This document shows positions 39,016-51,479 of a stretch of 64,000 nt of DNA, in pieces (the first letter of the stretch is position 1; each line of letters opens with the position of its first letter). The notes beneath the pieces were generated by a model. The model was not told where the DNA came from. It saw only the letters and a list, made by a program, of their open reading frames with translations, and did no database searches. Both the position numbers and the translations under genes were made by a program. The stretch comes from Octopus vulgaris (Eukaryota): positions 65,038,001 to 65,102,000 of the forward strand of contig OX597816.1 of NCBI GenBank assembly GCA_951406725.2, read 5' to 3'.

Positions 39016-39020
<5 letters not shown>
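37150..39020 (-). mobile_element. decayed AT-rich Penelope-like element (family P3) with inverted terminal copy
   Basis: 37150-37265 is inverted against 38895-39020. HHR on the minus strand at ~37292-37375 (TAAC-CTGAAGA-GTGACT...AGCCAC-GAAA-CATGT-GTA-GTTA). Weak Penelope C-terminal SC...KF-like remnant near 37520-37560. Confidence 0.65.
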
Positions 39021-39055
<35 letters not shown>

Positions 39056-39059
<4 letters not shown>

Positions 39060-39884
39060 ATTGGTATGAAAATGTTCCCAGACTAGGTCTGTAGCACACC
39101 AACATAGTTGTGTGAGCAGTGAGGACAGCAGTGACCTTCATGAGGCAGTATGCTGAGTGACATTGATTCCTGTTACAACTCACAAGTTTTGAAATTTGTT
39201 TTTGTGATCATGTGTATGCTGTAGGTCATGATTTTTGTCATGGACAGGAACAAAGAACCCATGTGAAAGTTTGCATTAAACTTAAGAAGTTTGTTTCAGG
39301 GACATTTTCAGCAGGTTTACAGCAATGACACAATGGATTGTATGTAATGTTTCAAGTGGTACAGGTGCTTCAAAAGTGAAAAGAACATCCCTGGAAGACA
39401 ATGAGCAATCTGGAAGTCATGCCATGAGAATCACTTCAGATGTGTGTCTGTGCATTGAGAATTCGTCCCTCAGGGGCCAGACTGTCAATTAGGGATACAC
39501 TGCAACATTTTGAAGCGTTTAAGGAAGGATATTTGGTGATAGCAACGGGATCTGTGGAGCATGAAGAACTGGATTCTTCATGGCAACCATGTTACCAAGC
39601 TCTACTTATGAGTTTTTTGTCAAAGCAACATAGTGTCACTTCTGCACCTGTCCTTTCCACTAGATTTAGCACCTGTGGACTTCCAACTTTTCCCAAGATG
39701 AAAATTCAACTCAAGGGTTGCCATTCTAAGGTCCTCAACTTGCTTATGGAAAATTACCTCGAGGCTGGACTCAAAGTGGTAGAATGCTGGGACAAAGGTA
39801 ACTATTTTGAAGATGATGCTAAAAACTTAGGTTATTTTATTAAGAAAACATAATAATCCAGGAACATTTTGATTCCACCTTATA
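39056..39884 (+). mobile_element. degenerate, internally deleted mariner
   Basis: Remnants CFKWYRCFKS..TSLEDNEQSG, LDLAPVDF..FPKMKIQLKG and GNYFEDD. Diverged TIRs at both ends with TA. Confidence 0.75.
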
Positions 39885-39889
39885 TGGGA

Positions 39890-40259
39890 AGCACTCCGTC
39901 GGTTACGACGATGAAGTTTTCCTGTTGATCCGAATCATTGGAACAGCCTGCTCGTGAAATTAACGTGTAAGTGGCTGAGCACTCCACAGACACGTGCACC
40001 CTTAATGTAGTTCTCAGGGATATTCAGCGTGACACAGAGAGTGACAAGGCCGGCCCTTTGAAATACAGGTACAACAGAAACAGGAAGTGAGAGAAAGTTG
40101 AGGCGAAAGAGTACAGCAGGGGTCGCCACCCCTCCCTGCCAGAGCCTCGTGGAGCTTTAGGTGTTTCGCTCAATAAACACACGCGCCCGGTTTGGGAATC
40201 GAAACCGCGATCCTCCGACCGCGAGTCCGCTGCCCTAGCCACTGGGCCATTGCGCCTCC
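39890..40259 (-). mobile_element. full-length tRNA-derived SINE family S2
   Basis: Head GGAGGCGCAATGGCCCAGTGG (A box) ... GGTTTCGATTCCC (B box). Confidence 0.9.
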
Positions 40260-40269
40260 ACCTTGTATA

Positions 40270-40325
40270 TCTATAATAATAAAAGTGAAATTCTGTCTGT
40301 CCGTCTGGGACCCTGTATCTCAGTC
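40270..40325 (+). mobile_element. Helitron-like 5' terminus
   Basis: A|TCTATAATAATAAAAGTGAAATTCTGTCTGTCCGTCTG. Confidence 0.5.
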
Positions 40326-40329
40326 TAAA

Positions 40330-40842
40330 TACATGCCATTACATTTTTAATCAACCAAATATGAACCATTTTGTTGCACATTACGTCTCCACCTTTCTTT
40401 TAACTTGAAAATACCCTCTTCCTAGAATTGAGGTGATTTCATGGCAAAGAATTCATCAAGGTTTTTTTTTTACGCCATCCATGGAATTGAAATCTTTACC
40501 TTTAAGACTATTCTTCAGAGACCTGAGTAAGTGGAAATCCGAAGGAGCAATATCTGGTGAATATGGAGGTTGGGGTAACACATCCCAGCCGACCTGCAGC
40601 AATTTTTGTCTGGTTCCCAAAGCATCAAGTGCCGAAAATGAACTTTCTTATCTTCCATTTTAAAGGGTTACAGAATTAACACAGGTTATAGGGACATAAG
40701 CCTTCTTCCACGAAAAGCTAGCTTAAACTGTGCTCTAAATGGATATGTAGTCAAATCCTATTTTATGGACCCAACCATGTTCTAAAATAAGTCGAAAGTT
40801 AAGCTACTATAAATCGGCACAAACTTTCCGGACAACCTAATA
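40330..40842 (-). mobile_element. mariner deletion derivative
   Basis: TIR TATTAGGTTGTCCGGAAAGTTTGTGCCGAT. MEDKKVHFRHLML is fused directly to TRQKLLQVGWDVLPQPPYSPDIAPSDFHL. Confidence 0.85.
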
Positions 40843-41544
40843 TTTCTGTTTGTGTATGCATGTGTGAGTCTATATGTTTTCTGTGTGTGCGTATATGTGC
40901 ACGTGTGTGTGTGCGTGTGTGAGAAAGAAAGAGAGCATGTGTGTGTGCGTTATGTGTGTATTTGTATATGTTTGTATGTAAGTGTGAGACTATGTGCTTG
41001 TGTGTGTTTGTGTGTGTGTGAGTGAGTATGTGCATGTGCGTGTCACACGTCTTCGTGTTTAGGTGTATGAATGCATGATCTTTCACAGTTTTGGTCCTCG
41101 AATCTCATTCAGAAACCGTTTGCCAGGCCTTGGTTATGGCGAAAGACATTTGTTGCATATGCAGTGCTGGACCAAACCCAGAACCCTATGGACGAAAAGC
41201 AAGCTTCTTCACCACATTGCCTTACTAACAAGAGAACTCCGGTTGAATAAGTTTGAGAATCACAGTTTTGCCATGGAAATCATACTTGTGTGACTTTAAT
41301 AACTTTCAAATCGATATAAAAATGCCAGAAACATACAGAAATAGACTTGTTCAAATATGTATATAAACTACAATACGTGACCTTCTTTTTAGCCTTAGGA
41401 GTTGAATTTCAGGCAATTTCACCCAGAAGAACATAGGTGACGCTTCTAAACTATCGATTTTCACATATAATTGAGTATATGATTGGAGTGTAATAGCTAA
41501 CACATAAATGTAACTAGATACACATACACACATGTATGTATGTT

Positions 41545-41605
<61 letters not shown>

Positions 41606-42401
41606 ATATATGTATGTATGTATGTATGTATGCATGCATGTATGTATAGGATATGGGGATTTAGTTCACTGGTGATCTGAACGAATATGTACGCTGGGCA
41701 AGTGTTGTAACGGGTTATCAGGGCTACAAGCTCGTAACCGAGACGGTTGCTCGGGAGCAATTTTAGGTTTCCGATATTAGCGGATATATATTGGTGAAAG
41801 AGGACAACCAAGGCCAAGGCATAATAAGCATCTCAAGTCATACACATTAACTAATTCTTAAGTTAGTTAAGGTCTTACAGCTGATCTGAGATATCCCAAG
41901 TGATAGGTGCGTATGCCTGAAGTATTCCGTCATCGGAGACAAATTTTGTATATATATACACAAAACTTCCTACTCCTCTCTCTAACCCTACAGACTACCC
42001 TACTACTACTTCTCTCTGTCTTCTCCTCAGCCTCTCTTTCCCTTTTTTATTCTTTCTTTCTCTTTCTCCTTCTCCTCCCACTTTGCTCAATAGCCACTTT
42101 TATGACCATTCTCTCACAACCGATATGAACACATCATTCTCATTTTTGTTAAAATATTGCTTCAATATTTATGCTGTGAAAACACTCATCAGACTTTGCT
42201 ATATTACTGCCTGGATTTACCTAGGATTTTACCTAAGGGAATACGGATTAGCAGCCATACCCTCGGAAAAATGAACTGTGAAATTTATTTCCTTATTTCC
42301 TTACTCGCTACTCTTCTATTTCATTGCTTATAATCTGTGAATTTTCCATGTCTAAATCTCTTAACTGATTGTTTCCATGTCTAGATCCTTCATATTTTCT
42401 C

Positions 42402-42865
42402 TATTTGTCTAAATGTGGCAGTCCCATAGAAGACGATGCTATTGTTCTTGTTAGCCCTAGGAAAACATCTCCAGCTGGCTAATGACACACAGTCTGTGTT
42501 CGATTAGTATTTGCAAAGCGAGGTCATCGGTACCGTCCCTAGATTTACGTGATAGCGCATATAGTAATTTGTGAGTGGAATGAGTTTTTATCACCAGCTG
42601 GTGATTATCACACACTGAAGGCGGGTAACTACCTAGAAACACAATTTGTGTACATCATGTACGGCTAGAGATGTGAGCTGTGACGCCCCAACCCTTGCAA
42701 ATACTAATCGGACACAGACAGTGTATCGTTAACCAGCTGGAGGAGATGTCTTCCTGGGGCTAAAAACAAGAGTAATCTCGTCCTCTATGGGACCACCACA
42801 TTTAGTTGGCAAATATATCTTAAGATTCCGCACTGGCAATATTTACCTCTCGCTCAGAGATTATA
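42402..42865. mobile_element. family P1 fold-back; decayed HHR on + at 42609-42652
   Basis: 42402-42553 is inverted against 42655-42811. CACACA-CTGAAGG-CGGGT-AACT-ACCT-A-GAAAC. Confidence 0.85.
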
Positions 42866-42976
42866 TATATATATACATATTTATATATATATTTATGTAT
42901 GTATGTGTGTATGTATGTATGTATGTATGTATGTATGTATGTATGTATGTATGTATGTATGTATGTATGTATGTAT

Positions 42977-43021
<45 letters not shown>

Positions 43022-43275
43022 CGTATATGTATGTATGTATTTACAGCTCTGTAAGGTTACGAATTGTGTTTTGTAGCCTTGTGATTTAGACTTCAGCTTA
43101 ATATATGAAGGCTTATTGTATGTAAGCATGTATATATGCTTGTGTATGTGTGTTTGTGTGTGTGTGTGTGTGTATGGACGTACGTAAATATGTCTATAGA
43201 AACATACATATATACAATTATATATATATGTTTATATATATATGAATATATATAAGTATATAGATATGAATATAC

Positions 43276-43332
<57 letters not shown>

Positions 43333-43467
43333 AAATTTCGCCTTGTTCCCTGAACGTTTGATGGAGTCATATGAGCGCCGCTGGCTTTAAATACAATGTT
43401 TCTGGCAAAGTCCATCCCTTTCCTGGCCCGAACGTCTAATAAGGGCCGATTTATTGAGGAAGAGGCA

Positions 43468-43502
<35 letters not shown>

Positions 43503-43949
43503 GAAGGAGAGAGAGAGACCGGAGGGATCTCAATGCTTTATTTGTATGTTATATTTCAAGGAGGGAGAGAAAATTACTGCTTAACGATTGCATCATCTCT
43601 TCATTTAAGAGGAAGGACAAACAACACATTTCATCGGGGCTTGAAGATACCCTAAGTGTTACAATTATCAAGAAATAAAATCTAGTGGAGTGGGGCAATT
43701 ACAAAAAGTCTTTGCTGCTCTAGAATGCTCGAAAAAATCCTAGCAAGTTCCTCCTAAAATCTTTATGAATCTGTACTCCATGATTCGCAGAATGGATTTT
43801 GCCCGAAAGCTGTCACATTGGACAATATTTTTGCTATCTGTCAGCTGCAAAAAATAAAAAAATAATGAATAGAAAAAATCGCTACACATTTTGTTCTGCG
43901 ATCTGATCAAAGATTCTGATAGCATATAGCTATGAAACTGGAAGAAAAT

Positions 43950-44850
43950 TCAGAAGCTTAACATTCCACCGAATAGTATTATCTGTCCCCTTCATGACAA
44001 CATATGTTGTCTAACGTACCATTAACACCACCATTTGAGGTCATTAGGGTTGTGGAACAAAATGACGTCCCTCTACCAACCCGCTTCTCACGATATTTTT
44101 GTGCTGTATCCAATCGGATTCTTGTCGAAGGTGAAAATATCAACGAACACCAGTTTAGTTTTGCAGTATGAGAATAGCAATGCTGTTTCAAATCGGGTCT
44201 AAATCCACTTCCAACAAGTCCATGACTCTTATGTTTCAGCATATGAAATTTACAGCCTAATGGTTAACACCGACAAGACTATGCCATCAATAAAACATCA
44301 CAATAAAATCAACAACCCGACCGAACAGGTCTCCTGCTTTCCATACCATCGTTCCATATTCAAATGCGACTTAGACAATGAGATCATCTCAACAGGAGAA
44401 TACTTGGAGCCCGTCTAGGTGTTGTAGCGTGGGGAAATCTATCAGCCTTCACGAGCAAAAGATTCAAAAATATCACCAAAGTGTTCGTGTCCCGAATATC
44501 GGCACACTTCTTTATACTTGCGAGACGTGGACTCATTGTTGGTGTCATATCAAACAGCTCGAGCTGTTCCATCAAGCAAATTTTTGCTCCTTCTTGGGGT
44601 ATTAACTGAAAGCAAGCGAAGGGCAAAACGTATGTCGTTCAAGGATGAGAAATGATATTTAACCAGGAGGTGATCAATAGTTATCAGTTGCGCTGGGTCG
44701 AAAATATTCAAACGATGTATAAAGAATCACCACGGGAGGCCGATTTATATTCTGAAATTGGAACATGAATGCGTAGATCATGAAAAACAACTGAAGTTCA
44801 GAAACGTTTTGAAGGAGAGCGTCTCACTCTACGGCATAAAGGAAAGAATT
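43950..44850 (+). pseudogene. degenerate RTE/BovB-like LINE RT remnant
   Basis: LMVNTDKT, DLDNEI, TLLYTCETWT...[27 protein letters not shown]. Confidence 0.75.
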
Positions 44851-44932
44851 CTTGAGTGCGTATATATATATATATATATATATATTTACAAACACACATA
44901 TCTATGTATCTATCTATATATGTATATATGTA

Positions 44933-44982
<50 letters not shown>

Positions 44983-45119
44983 CAGTTGTATACATATACA
45001 TACACATAAATATGTATATACTTATACGTGTACATATACACAAGTATATACATATATACATATATTCAGTTGTGTATGTATATATATATATATACACATA
45101 CATATACATATACACATAC

Positions 45120-45298
45120 ATAGAGTTACATTTTTCTCTCCTTGTTTCTCTCCTTGATTTTTTTCTGTGTTCTTTTCTGTAGAAGAGCGTAGGCTTGAAA
45201 CGTAAAATACTTTTTCTATTCCTGAGCGTTATACTAATACATCTGTTTGTTTTGTACACCACCTGTCTTCGTCTTTTGTTTTTTTTTTCGTAAACTCT

Positions 45299-45301
<3 letters not shown>
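45120..45301 (+). mobile_element. family P2 Penelope-like short element with HHR variant at 45173-45208
   Basis: TTTT-CTGTAGA-A-GAGC-GTAG-GCTT-GAAA-CG-TA-AAAT. (TA)n on both sides. Confidence 0.7.
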
Positions 45302-45379
<78 letters not shown>

Positions 45380-45388
45380 CATACATAC

Positions 45389-45441
<53 letters not shown>

Positions 45442-45509
45442 TATACAAACATTTAGATAATTATATACTTGTACATATATATACACACACAGACTTACAC
45501 ACATATACA

Positions 45510-45672
45510 CGATGAAATTCCATTCATTTTCCGTTCATCAAGTTCTCTCATAAGCCATTGGTCGACTTTTTTTATAGTAGAAAGAACTTGCTCAAGATGC
45601 CACGCAGTGAGACTGAAATGGAAACCACGGGGTAGCAAAACGAGCGTCTTAACCACACAGCTATACCTACAC
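45510..45672 (-). mobile_element. diverged SINE family S3 head
   Basis: ATAGTAGAA..ACTTGCTCAAGATGCCACGCAGTGAGACTGAA. Confidence 0.7.
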
Positions 45673-46503
45673 CTATAGTCTTTGAGAAATATCATTAAAG
45701 AAGTTCTAGACATTGAGGAAAATCTAAAGAGAAATTGTTTCATTTGTTTGTAAAATGGTAGACGTAAAATGGATAGTAAAATGGTAGCCGAAACGAAATC
45801 AAAACCAGGATATATGAAAATATATAAGACGAATTTCATATATTTAATCTTGTTACATATATCTATCGTCCTATCTAGACGGTTTGCAATTCTTCCTTAT
45901 AAATCATTTTTCTTTTCATACTTCAACAATGGCAAAACCTTCCATTTAAAACTTACGACGCCTAATACATAGTTAAATCAATGCCTAGAGGAAATTTTAC
46001 GCTTATTTTTGCCAGTCTAAAGACATTCAGAAAAATTCAATCTTTTGTGATGTGACAGTACTAATAATTAAATCTTCTGGCTGACATTTTTCAAAAAGAG
46101 CAGATACGAACGAGCAGTGGATAAACTATATCTGAACCTGACAGAAAAATAATATTGTGTGTAAGACATGGCAGCTGATGACAGCAGGACATATCATTGA
46201 CAAAATAATTGTATATGAAATATACTAACCAAGAACTGCTTGATATCTAACTCACAAGACAATGTTTATTATTAATCGAGGGGAAAAAATGCAGAAATGA
46301 TATTCTGACAGTAGACATAGTACGTTGCTTGTAAAATGACATTTATATATGCTGTTTCTGTTGGTTTCAAATGTAAAAGGTGTATATGGTTGTATTTGTG
46401 TGTGCGTCTGTCTATGTGTGTATGTGTGTGTGTATAATATACATATATAAATATATACACATATCTATACATCTATAAATATATATATATATGTATGTAT
46501 ACG

Positions 46504-46557
<54 letters not shown>

Positions 46558-46630
46558 CATATAGATAGATAGATATATAGATAAATAGATAGATAGATGC
46601 ATACATACATACATACATACATACATACAT

Positions 46631-46842
46631 TCTTTTACTTGTTTCAGTCATTTGACTGCAGCCGTTCTGGAACACCGCCTTTAGTCGAACAAACCGACCC
46701 CGGGTATCCGGCCTCTGTAAGTTTGGTACTTATTTTATCGGTCTCTTCTGCTGAACCGCTAATTTACGGGGGCATAAGTATTGCCAACGTTGGTTGTCAA
46801 GCGATGATGAGAGGACAAACACAGACACAAAGACACACATAC

Positions 46843-46909
<67 letters not shown>

Positions 46910-47483
46910 TGTAGTTGTGTGAGTGTCTGTCCCCTTCGATTTAGATTCCTAACTCCTCCCACATTTTGCGGTGCAGTTTAACCAAATTCGGGTATCTTAT
47001 AGTCGTGATTCATATCGAGCCCGTCTGACTATTAGCGCGCGTCAACGATGAGTCTACGATTTTAAAAATAATTTAACATCATTTTTTATTCCATTTTAAT
47101 GCATAAAATGCATCGTATGTCGATGGCGGTGGAGTTGGCGTCCACGCTGACAGCTGCACCTGTTTGCTTCTCCCCCTTCCCTCCCTCGTGAAACTGTGGG
47201 GAAGGGAGTGTAAAGAAATCAACGTCGTAATGCGTTGTGAAGGAAACCAGCGTTCTTTTAGAACAACGACTTCATGGCTTGAAGACACCAAAACAAAAAT
47301 GGCTAAGAAAGCCCGAATTTATAAGGGAAGTAACTCTCTAAAAATGCTTATATAGTTATTTCCCTTACAAACCCGAGCAACGCCGGGCGATACTGCTAGT
47401 ATATATATAAAATAATATGCCGAAGTGGAAATCCACAACACCATCTCTGTATGTATATTTATATGTACTTATATATATATATG

Positions 47484-47547
<64 letters not shown>

Positions 47548-47692
47548 ACGGGATTTTCCGTTTATCAAATCCACTCACAAGGTTTTGGTCGATCCGGGGC
47601 TATAGTAGAAGACACATGCCCAAGGTGCCACGCAGTGGGACTTAATTCGGAATCGTGTGGTTGGGAAGCAACCTCCTTATCGCACCTAGCTA
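46631..47692 (-). mobile_element. SINE family S3 split by a Helitron
   Basis: Tail at 46631-46840 and head at 47545-47692, matching the two halves of 34390-34764. Confidence 0.7.
46901..47399 (+). mobile_element. non-autonomous Helitron
   Basis: 5' TATATAAAACTGTAGTTGTGTGAGTGTCTGTCC. 3' GC-rich hairpin CCCGAGCAACGCCGGG followed by CTAG|T. Confidence 0.8.
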
Positions 47693-47753
47693 TATATACT
47701 TGTGTGTACGTGTGTGTGTGTGTGTATGTGTGTGAGAGAGAGAGAGTGAATGT

Positions 47754-47808
<55 letters not shown>

Positions 47809-48186
47809 CAATAAGAACCTTACAGTTCGAACGTAGCCAGCTTTGTAAACATACACACGTACACATAAACACGCATACAGATACATATTTATGCATACAT
47901 ACACACAGAGTGAAAGGATCAGATAATATCTATCTTTGCACATACATTTCATATCTCTCCTCAGGCATCCACTTGACTCTGCATGTATACTAGTATATGT
48001 GGTTTTCCTAGCATGATTTTCACCCAATTTTTGCCACCTTCATGTGGCTGACCCATATGGGGCGATGCTACTGTTATTTATAACTCCAGGAAGGCATCTC
48101 CACCAGCTGGCTAATGACACACTGTCTGTGCCCGATCAGTGTTTGCGAAGGGAAATCATTGTTTCCATCTCTATCCTTACGTGATA

Positions 48187-48231
48187 CACACGGAGCCGGG
48201 TTTCTGAGTGGTAACCCGTCATCAGCGTGTG
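48187..48231 (-). ncRNA. minimal type I hammerhead ribozyme motif (P1)
   Basis: Minus strand: CACACG-CTGATGA-C-GGGT-TACC-ACTC-A-GAAA-CCCGG-CTC-CGTGTG. Confidence 0.75.
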
Positions 48232-48424
48232 ACAATCACCGGCGAGGGATGAGATGTGATTCCAAATGCAAAATACTATATGATTTTTTCAGTGACAAAC
48301 TGTTGCTGGTATCGAAAAAGGAGAAACAAGTAATAATAAATCTCTGAGCGAGATGGTTTGTCACTGGAAAAAGCATATAGTACTTTGCGTTTGAAATCAC
48401 GTCTCATCCCTAGCCGGTGATTAT

Positions 48425-48469
48425 CACACGCTGATGACGGGTTACTATTCAGAAACCCGGGTCCGTGTG
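48425..48469 (+). ncRNA. minimal type I hammerhead ribozyme (P1), predicted cleavage after 48463
   Basis: CACACG-CTGATGA-C-GGGT-TACT-ATTC-A-GAAA-CCCGG-GTC-CGTGTG. 6-bp stem I, palindromic ACCCGGGT stem III, GUC site. Confidence 0.85.
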
Positions 48470-48897
48470 TATCACGTAAGGCTAGAGATGGGAACCATGA
48501 TTTCCCTTCGCAAATATAAATCGGGCACAGATAGTGTGTCGTTAACCAGCTGGAGGAGATGTCTTCCTGGAGCTGTAAACTACAGTAGCATCGTCCCATA
48601 TGGGTCACCCACATTTAGGTGGCAAATATACTTCACGACATATATATAAGAATTTATTTTCGTATTGAGATAAAAAAAAAAACAAGGCTGTGTAGATATT
48701 AGAATATATCTCATTACGAAAAAAATTCTTACATACACACGCTGACATAGAACCAACGTTGAACCCCTTATTCGCAAAATTACCGAATCTGGAATTTAAC
48801 TATGGTCTGTCTATAGCACTTATTCACCATTACCTGACACCTTTGGGTCTCATTGATACCATTATCTCTTATATATATATATATATATATATATATG

Positions 48898-49140
48898 GAT
48901 GCGCGTGGCTTAGTGGTTAGGGTGTCAGCACAATGATCGTAAGATTATGGTTTCGATTTCTGGACCGGGCGACCCGTTGTGTTCTTGAGCAAAAGACTTC
49001 ATTTCAGGTTGCTCCGGTCCACTCAGCTGACAAAAATGAGTATCCCTACGATGGACTGGCGTCCCGGCCGGCTGGGGAGCACATACACCATAGAAACCGG
49101 CAAACCGGGTCCATTGCCTGGCTAGGTTTCAAAAAGGGCG
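48898..49140 (+). mobile_element. tRNA-derived SINE with V-domain-like segment
   Basis: GCGCGTGGCTTAGTGGTTAG (A box), GGTTTCGATTTC (B box), CCCTACGATGGACTGGCGTCCCG. Confidence 0.75.
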
Positions 49141-49187
49141 TAAGGAGATATATACATACATACGTATATATATATATATATGTGTAC

Positions 49188-49220
<33 letters not shown>

Positions 49221-49255
49221 TATATGTATATACATATATATATATACATACATAC

Positions 49256-49299
<44 letters not shown>

Positions 49300-49687
49300 G
49301 TGCGCACGTTTAAAATGGAGGTGTGTGCCCGTATGCTTATATTTGTTAATATCATCATGATGTTAGAAGAGGTTCATTCGAATAGATCTGCCTGTTAATA
49401 ACGACTGCATTGTATCCTTCATATATCAATGTTCATCCAGAATTCTACAACTCACAATGAAGAAACAAATGACAAATTACTTGGGTTTATATAATCTACT
49501 AAAAACACCTCGATACATATGTCCTAGTATGACCGCATGAATGAGACCAGTAAGTGAAGAATATCTTTAAAAAACATATTGGTTTGTGTCTCGTGTGTCT
49601 TGTGTGTCAGCGCGTACGTATGTTATTTCGATGTGTTACTGGAATTTCTCCCGTACTGCTTCTCATATATGTCTCGTAATCGACGTG

Positions 49688-49759
<72 letters not shown>

Positions 49760-49913
49760 AATGTATGTATGTGTGTATAACCTTTACGAACATATATGCT
49801 AGGATACGTTGTGTGCTTTGTATGTGTATGCGTTTGTGTGTATATTGTTGCCAGCGAAAAAAATTGTTAATCATAGTCTTCAACGCTCAGCAGATTTTAT
49901 ATAATATATATAA

Positions 49914-49944
<31 letters not shown>

Positions 49945-50152
49945 GCCGTTATTTTTTTCTTCTCTTTCGCATATATTTTTCTTATTATTCTCAGTACTTA
50001 TTATTTTCAGCTTTTATTTCACACACCAGGGAAGAGACAAATGTGAACAGTTGTGCTTGCTAAGAATTCATATTAATTTTCTAGTGCAGACTATTATAAC
50101 AACTTACTATATATTATATATATATATATACATATACACATATATACATATG

Positions 50153-50210
<58 letters not shown>

Positions 50211-51189
50211 GTATTTTCTCGTTTTTTTTTCGCTGCTCTTTTATATATAATTTTTTAGACCGAGAGAAAATCTAATACATCGAATGGAAGCGGATTGGAA
50301 ATGATTAATTGCTTAAGAAATATGTATGTATAATTTAATACGAAAAAAAAAAAAAACAGTATTTGGATATTGCGAAGTGATATATATCTCTCTAAGTACA
50401 ATATCATGGGTTGTTTAGTTTATATCCTGTACAATGCTATCATTGTGTCTCTCGACAGGTCGCTTAACACTACATTGCATTCGTTTAAATATCTATAGAG
50501 AAGAGTAGATGTATTTCCTGTGGAATTCATCTGCAAAAATCTAGACAATCTATGAACAGTTGAAAATAGTTTCTTATCGGCTTACTTGTACTGAAAGCTG
50601 AGTTCAGCAAGCGTGCTTGCTGAAATCACTATTTTAAGTGATTATTGAAAAGGTTGAAATTCAGTATGATCGTCCCGTGGGTATAAAGGCACTTGGAGTT
50701 GAAATTAAAAACCCTATTTAGTTCAGATAAACGAAATATTAACGTTATACCGCTTTTCTTGACACAGCTAAAGTATAAATATTCCCAAATGGGATAAAAG
50801 AAGTATATACGAATATAATCATATTACATAAGAAAATCATACGGTTGATTTTCGGAATCGGTAAAGCGTTAGTAGAATACTTTGTGTTATTTGATTGTAT
50901 CTCCCGCTAGATTCTGAGTTCAAGTCCTCACAGTTCCACTTTGATTTTCATTTTAACTCACGCCAAAAAATAAGTGTTGGATGATAAAAAAAAAGTAAAT
51001 ATTAAGGTTAATGTAATCAACAATAACGTTCAGATCAGAGTTCTAGTATGGCCACAGTCGATTGATTGACAGTAGTAACAACATTACATAATATATGTAA
51101 AGTTGAAAATAAATAAATAAATAAATAAATAAAAGGCTAAGTCGACCCTTCCCCCCGCACCTAAAACAATGTACTTAATATAATCGTTC

Positions 51190-51390
51190 TAAATTTGGCA
51201 CAAGGCGAGCAACCTTAGAAGAAGAGGAAGTCGACTATATCGGCTCCAGTACTCAACTGGTACTTATTCTATCGACCTCGAAAGGACGAAAGGTAAAGAC
51301 AACCTCTGCTGAATTTGAACTCAAAACGCAAAGCTGGAAGAAACGCTGCAAAGCATTTTTCAGGCGCGCTACCAAGTCTACCATCCGGCC
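51190..51390 (-). mobile_element. diverged SINE family S1 copy
   Basis: CTGGTACTTATTCTATCGACCTCGAAAGGACGAAAGG..AAG..AACCTC.GC.GAATTTGAACTC. Confidence 0.75.
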
Positions 51391-51479
51391 ACTTTAATAC
51401 ATTTTATCATTATGGTTCATTCAAAACTATGCGTTCTTGTCCATGGTAGCTGCCCGGAGGCCTTCCCTGCAAGAAAACT

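Larger units (their letters stand above)
48030..48627. mobile_element. family P1 long fold-back (270-bp arms) with a hammerhead in each arm
   Basis: 48030-48300 is inverted against 48356-48627. The spacer contains the start of the next tandem monomer (AAATCTCTGAGCGAGAT). Confidence 0.9.

Noticed and set aside
39890-40259. tRNA gene
   Set aside because: A/B boxes are present, but there is no complete cloverleaf and it continues into a repeated SINE body.
49400-49530. Possible Penelope 3' end with GATA-CATAT-GTC hammerhead remnant
   Set aside because: Both core boxes are mutated and no convincing stems remain.
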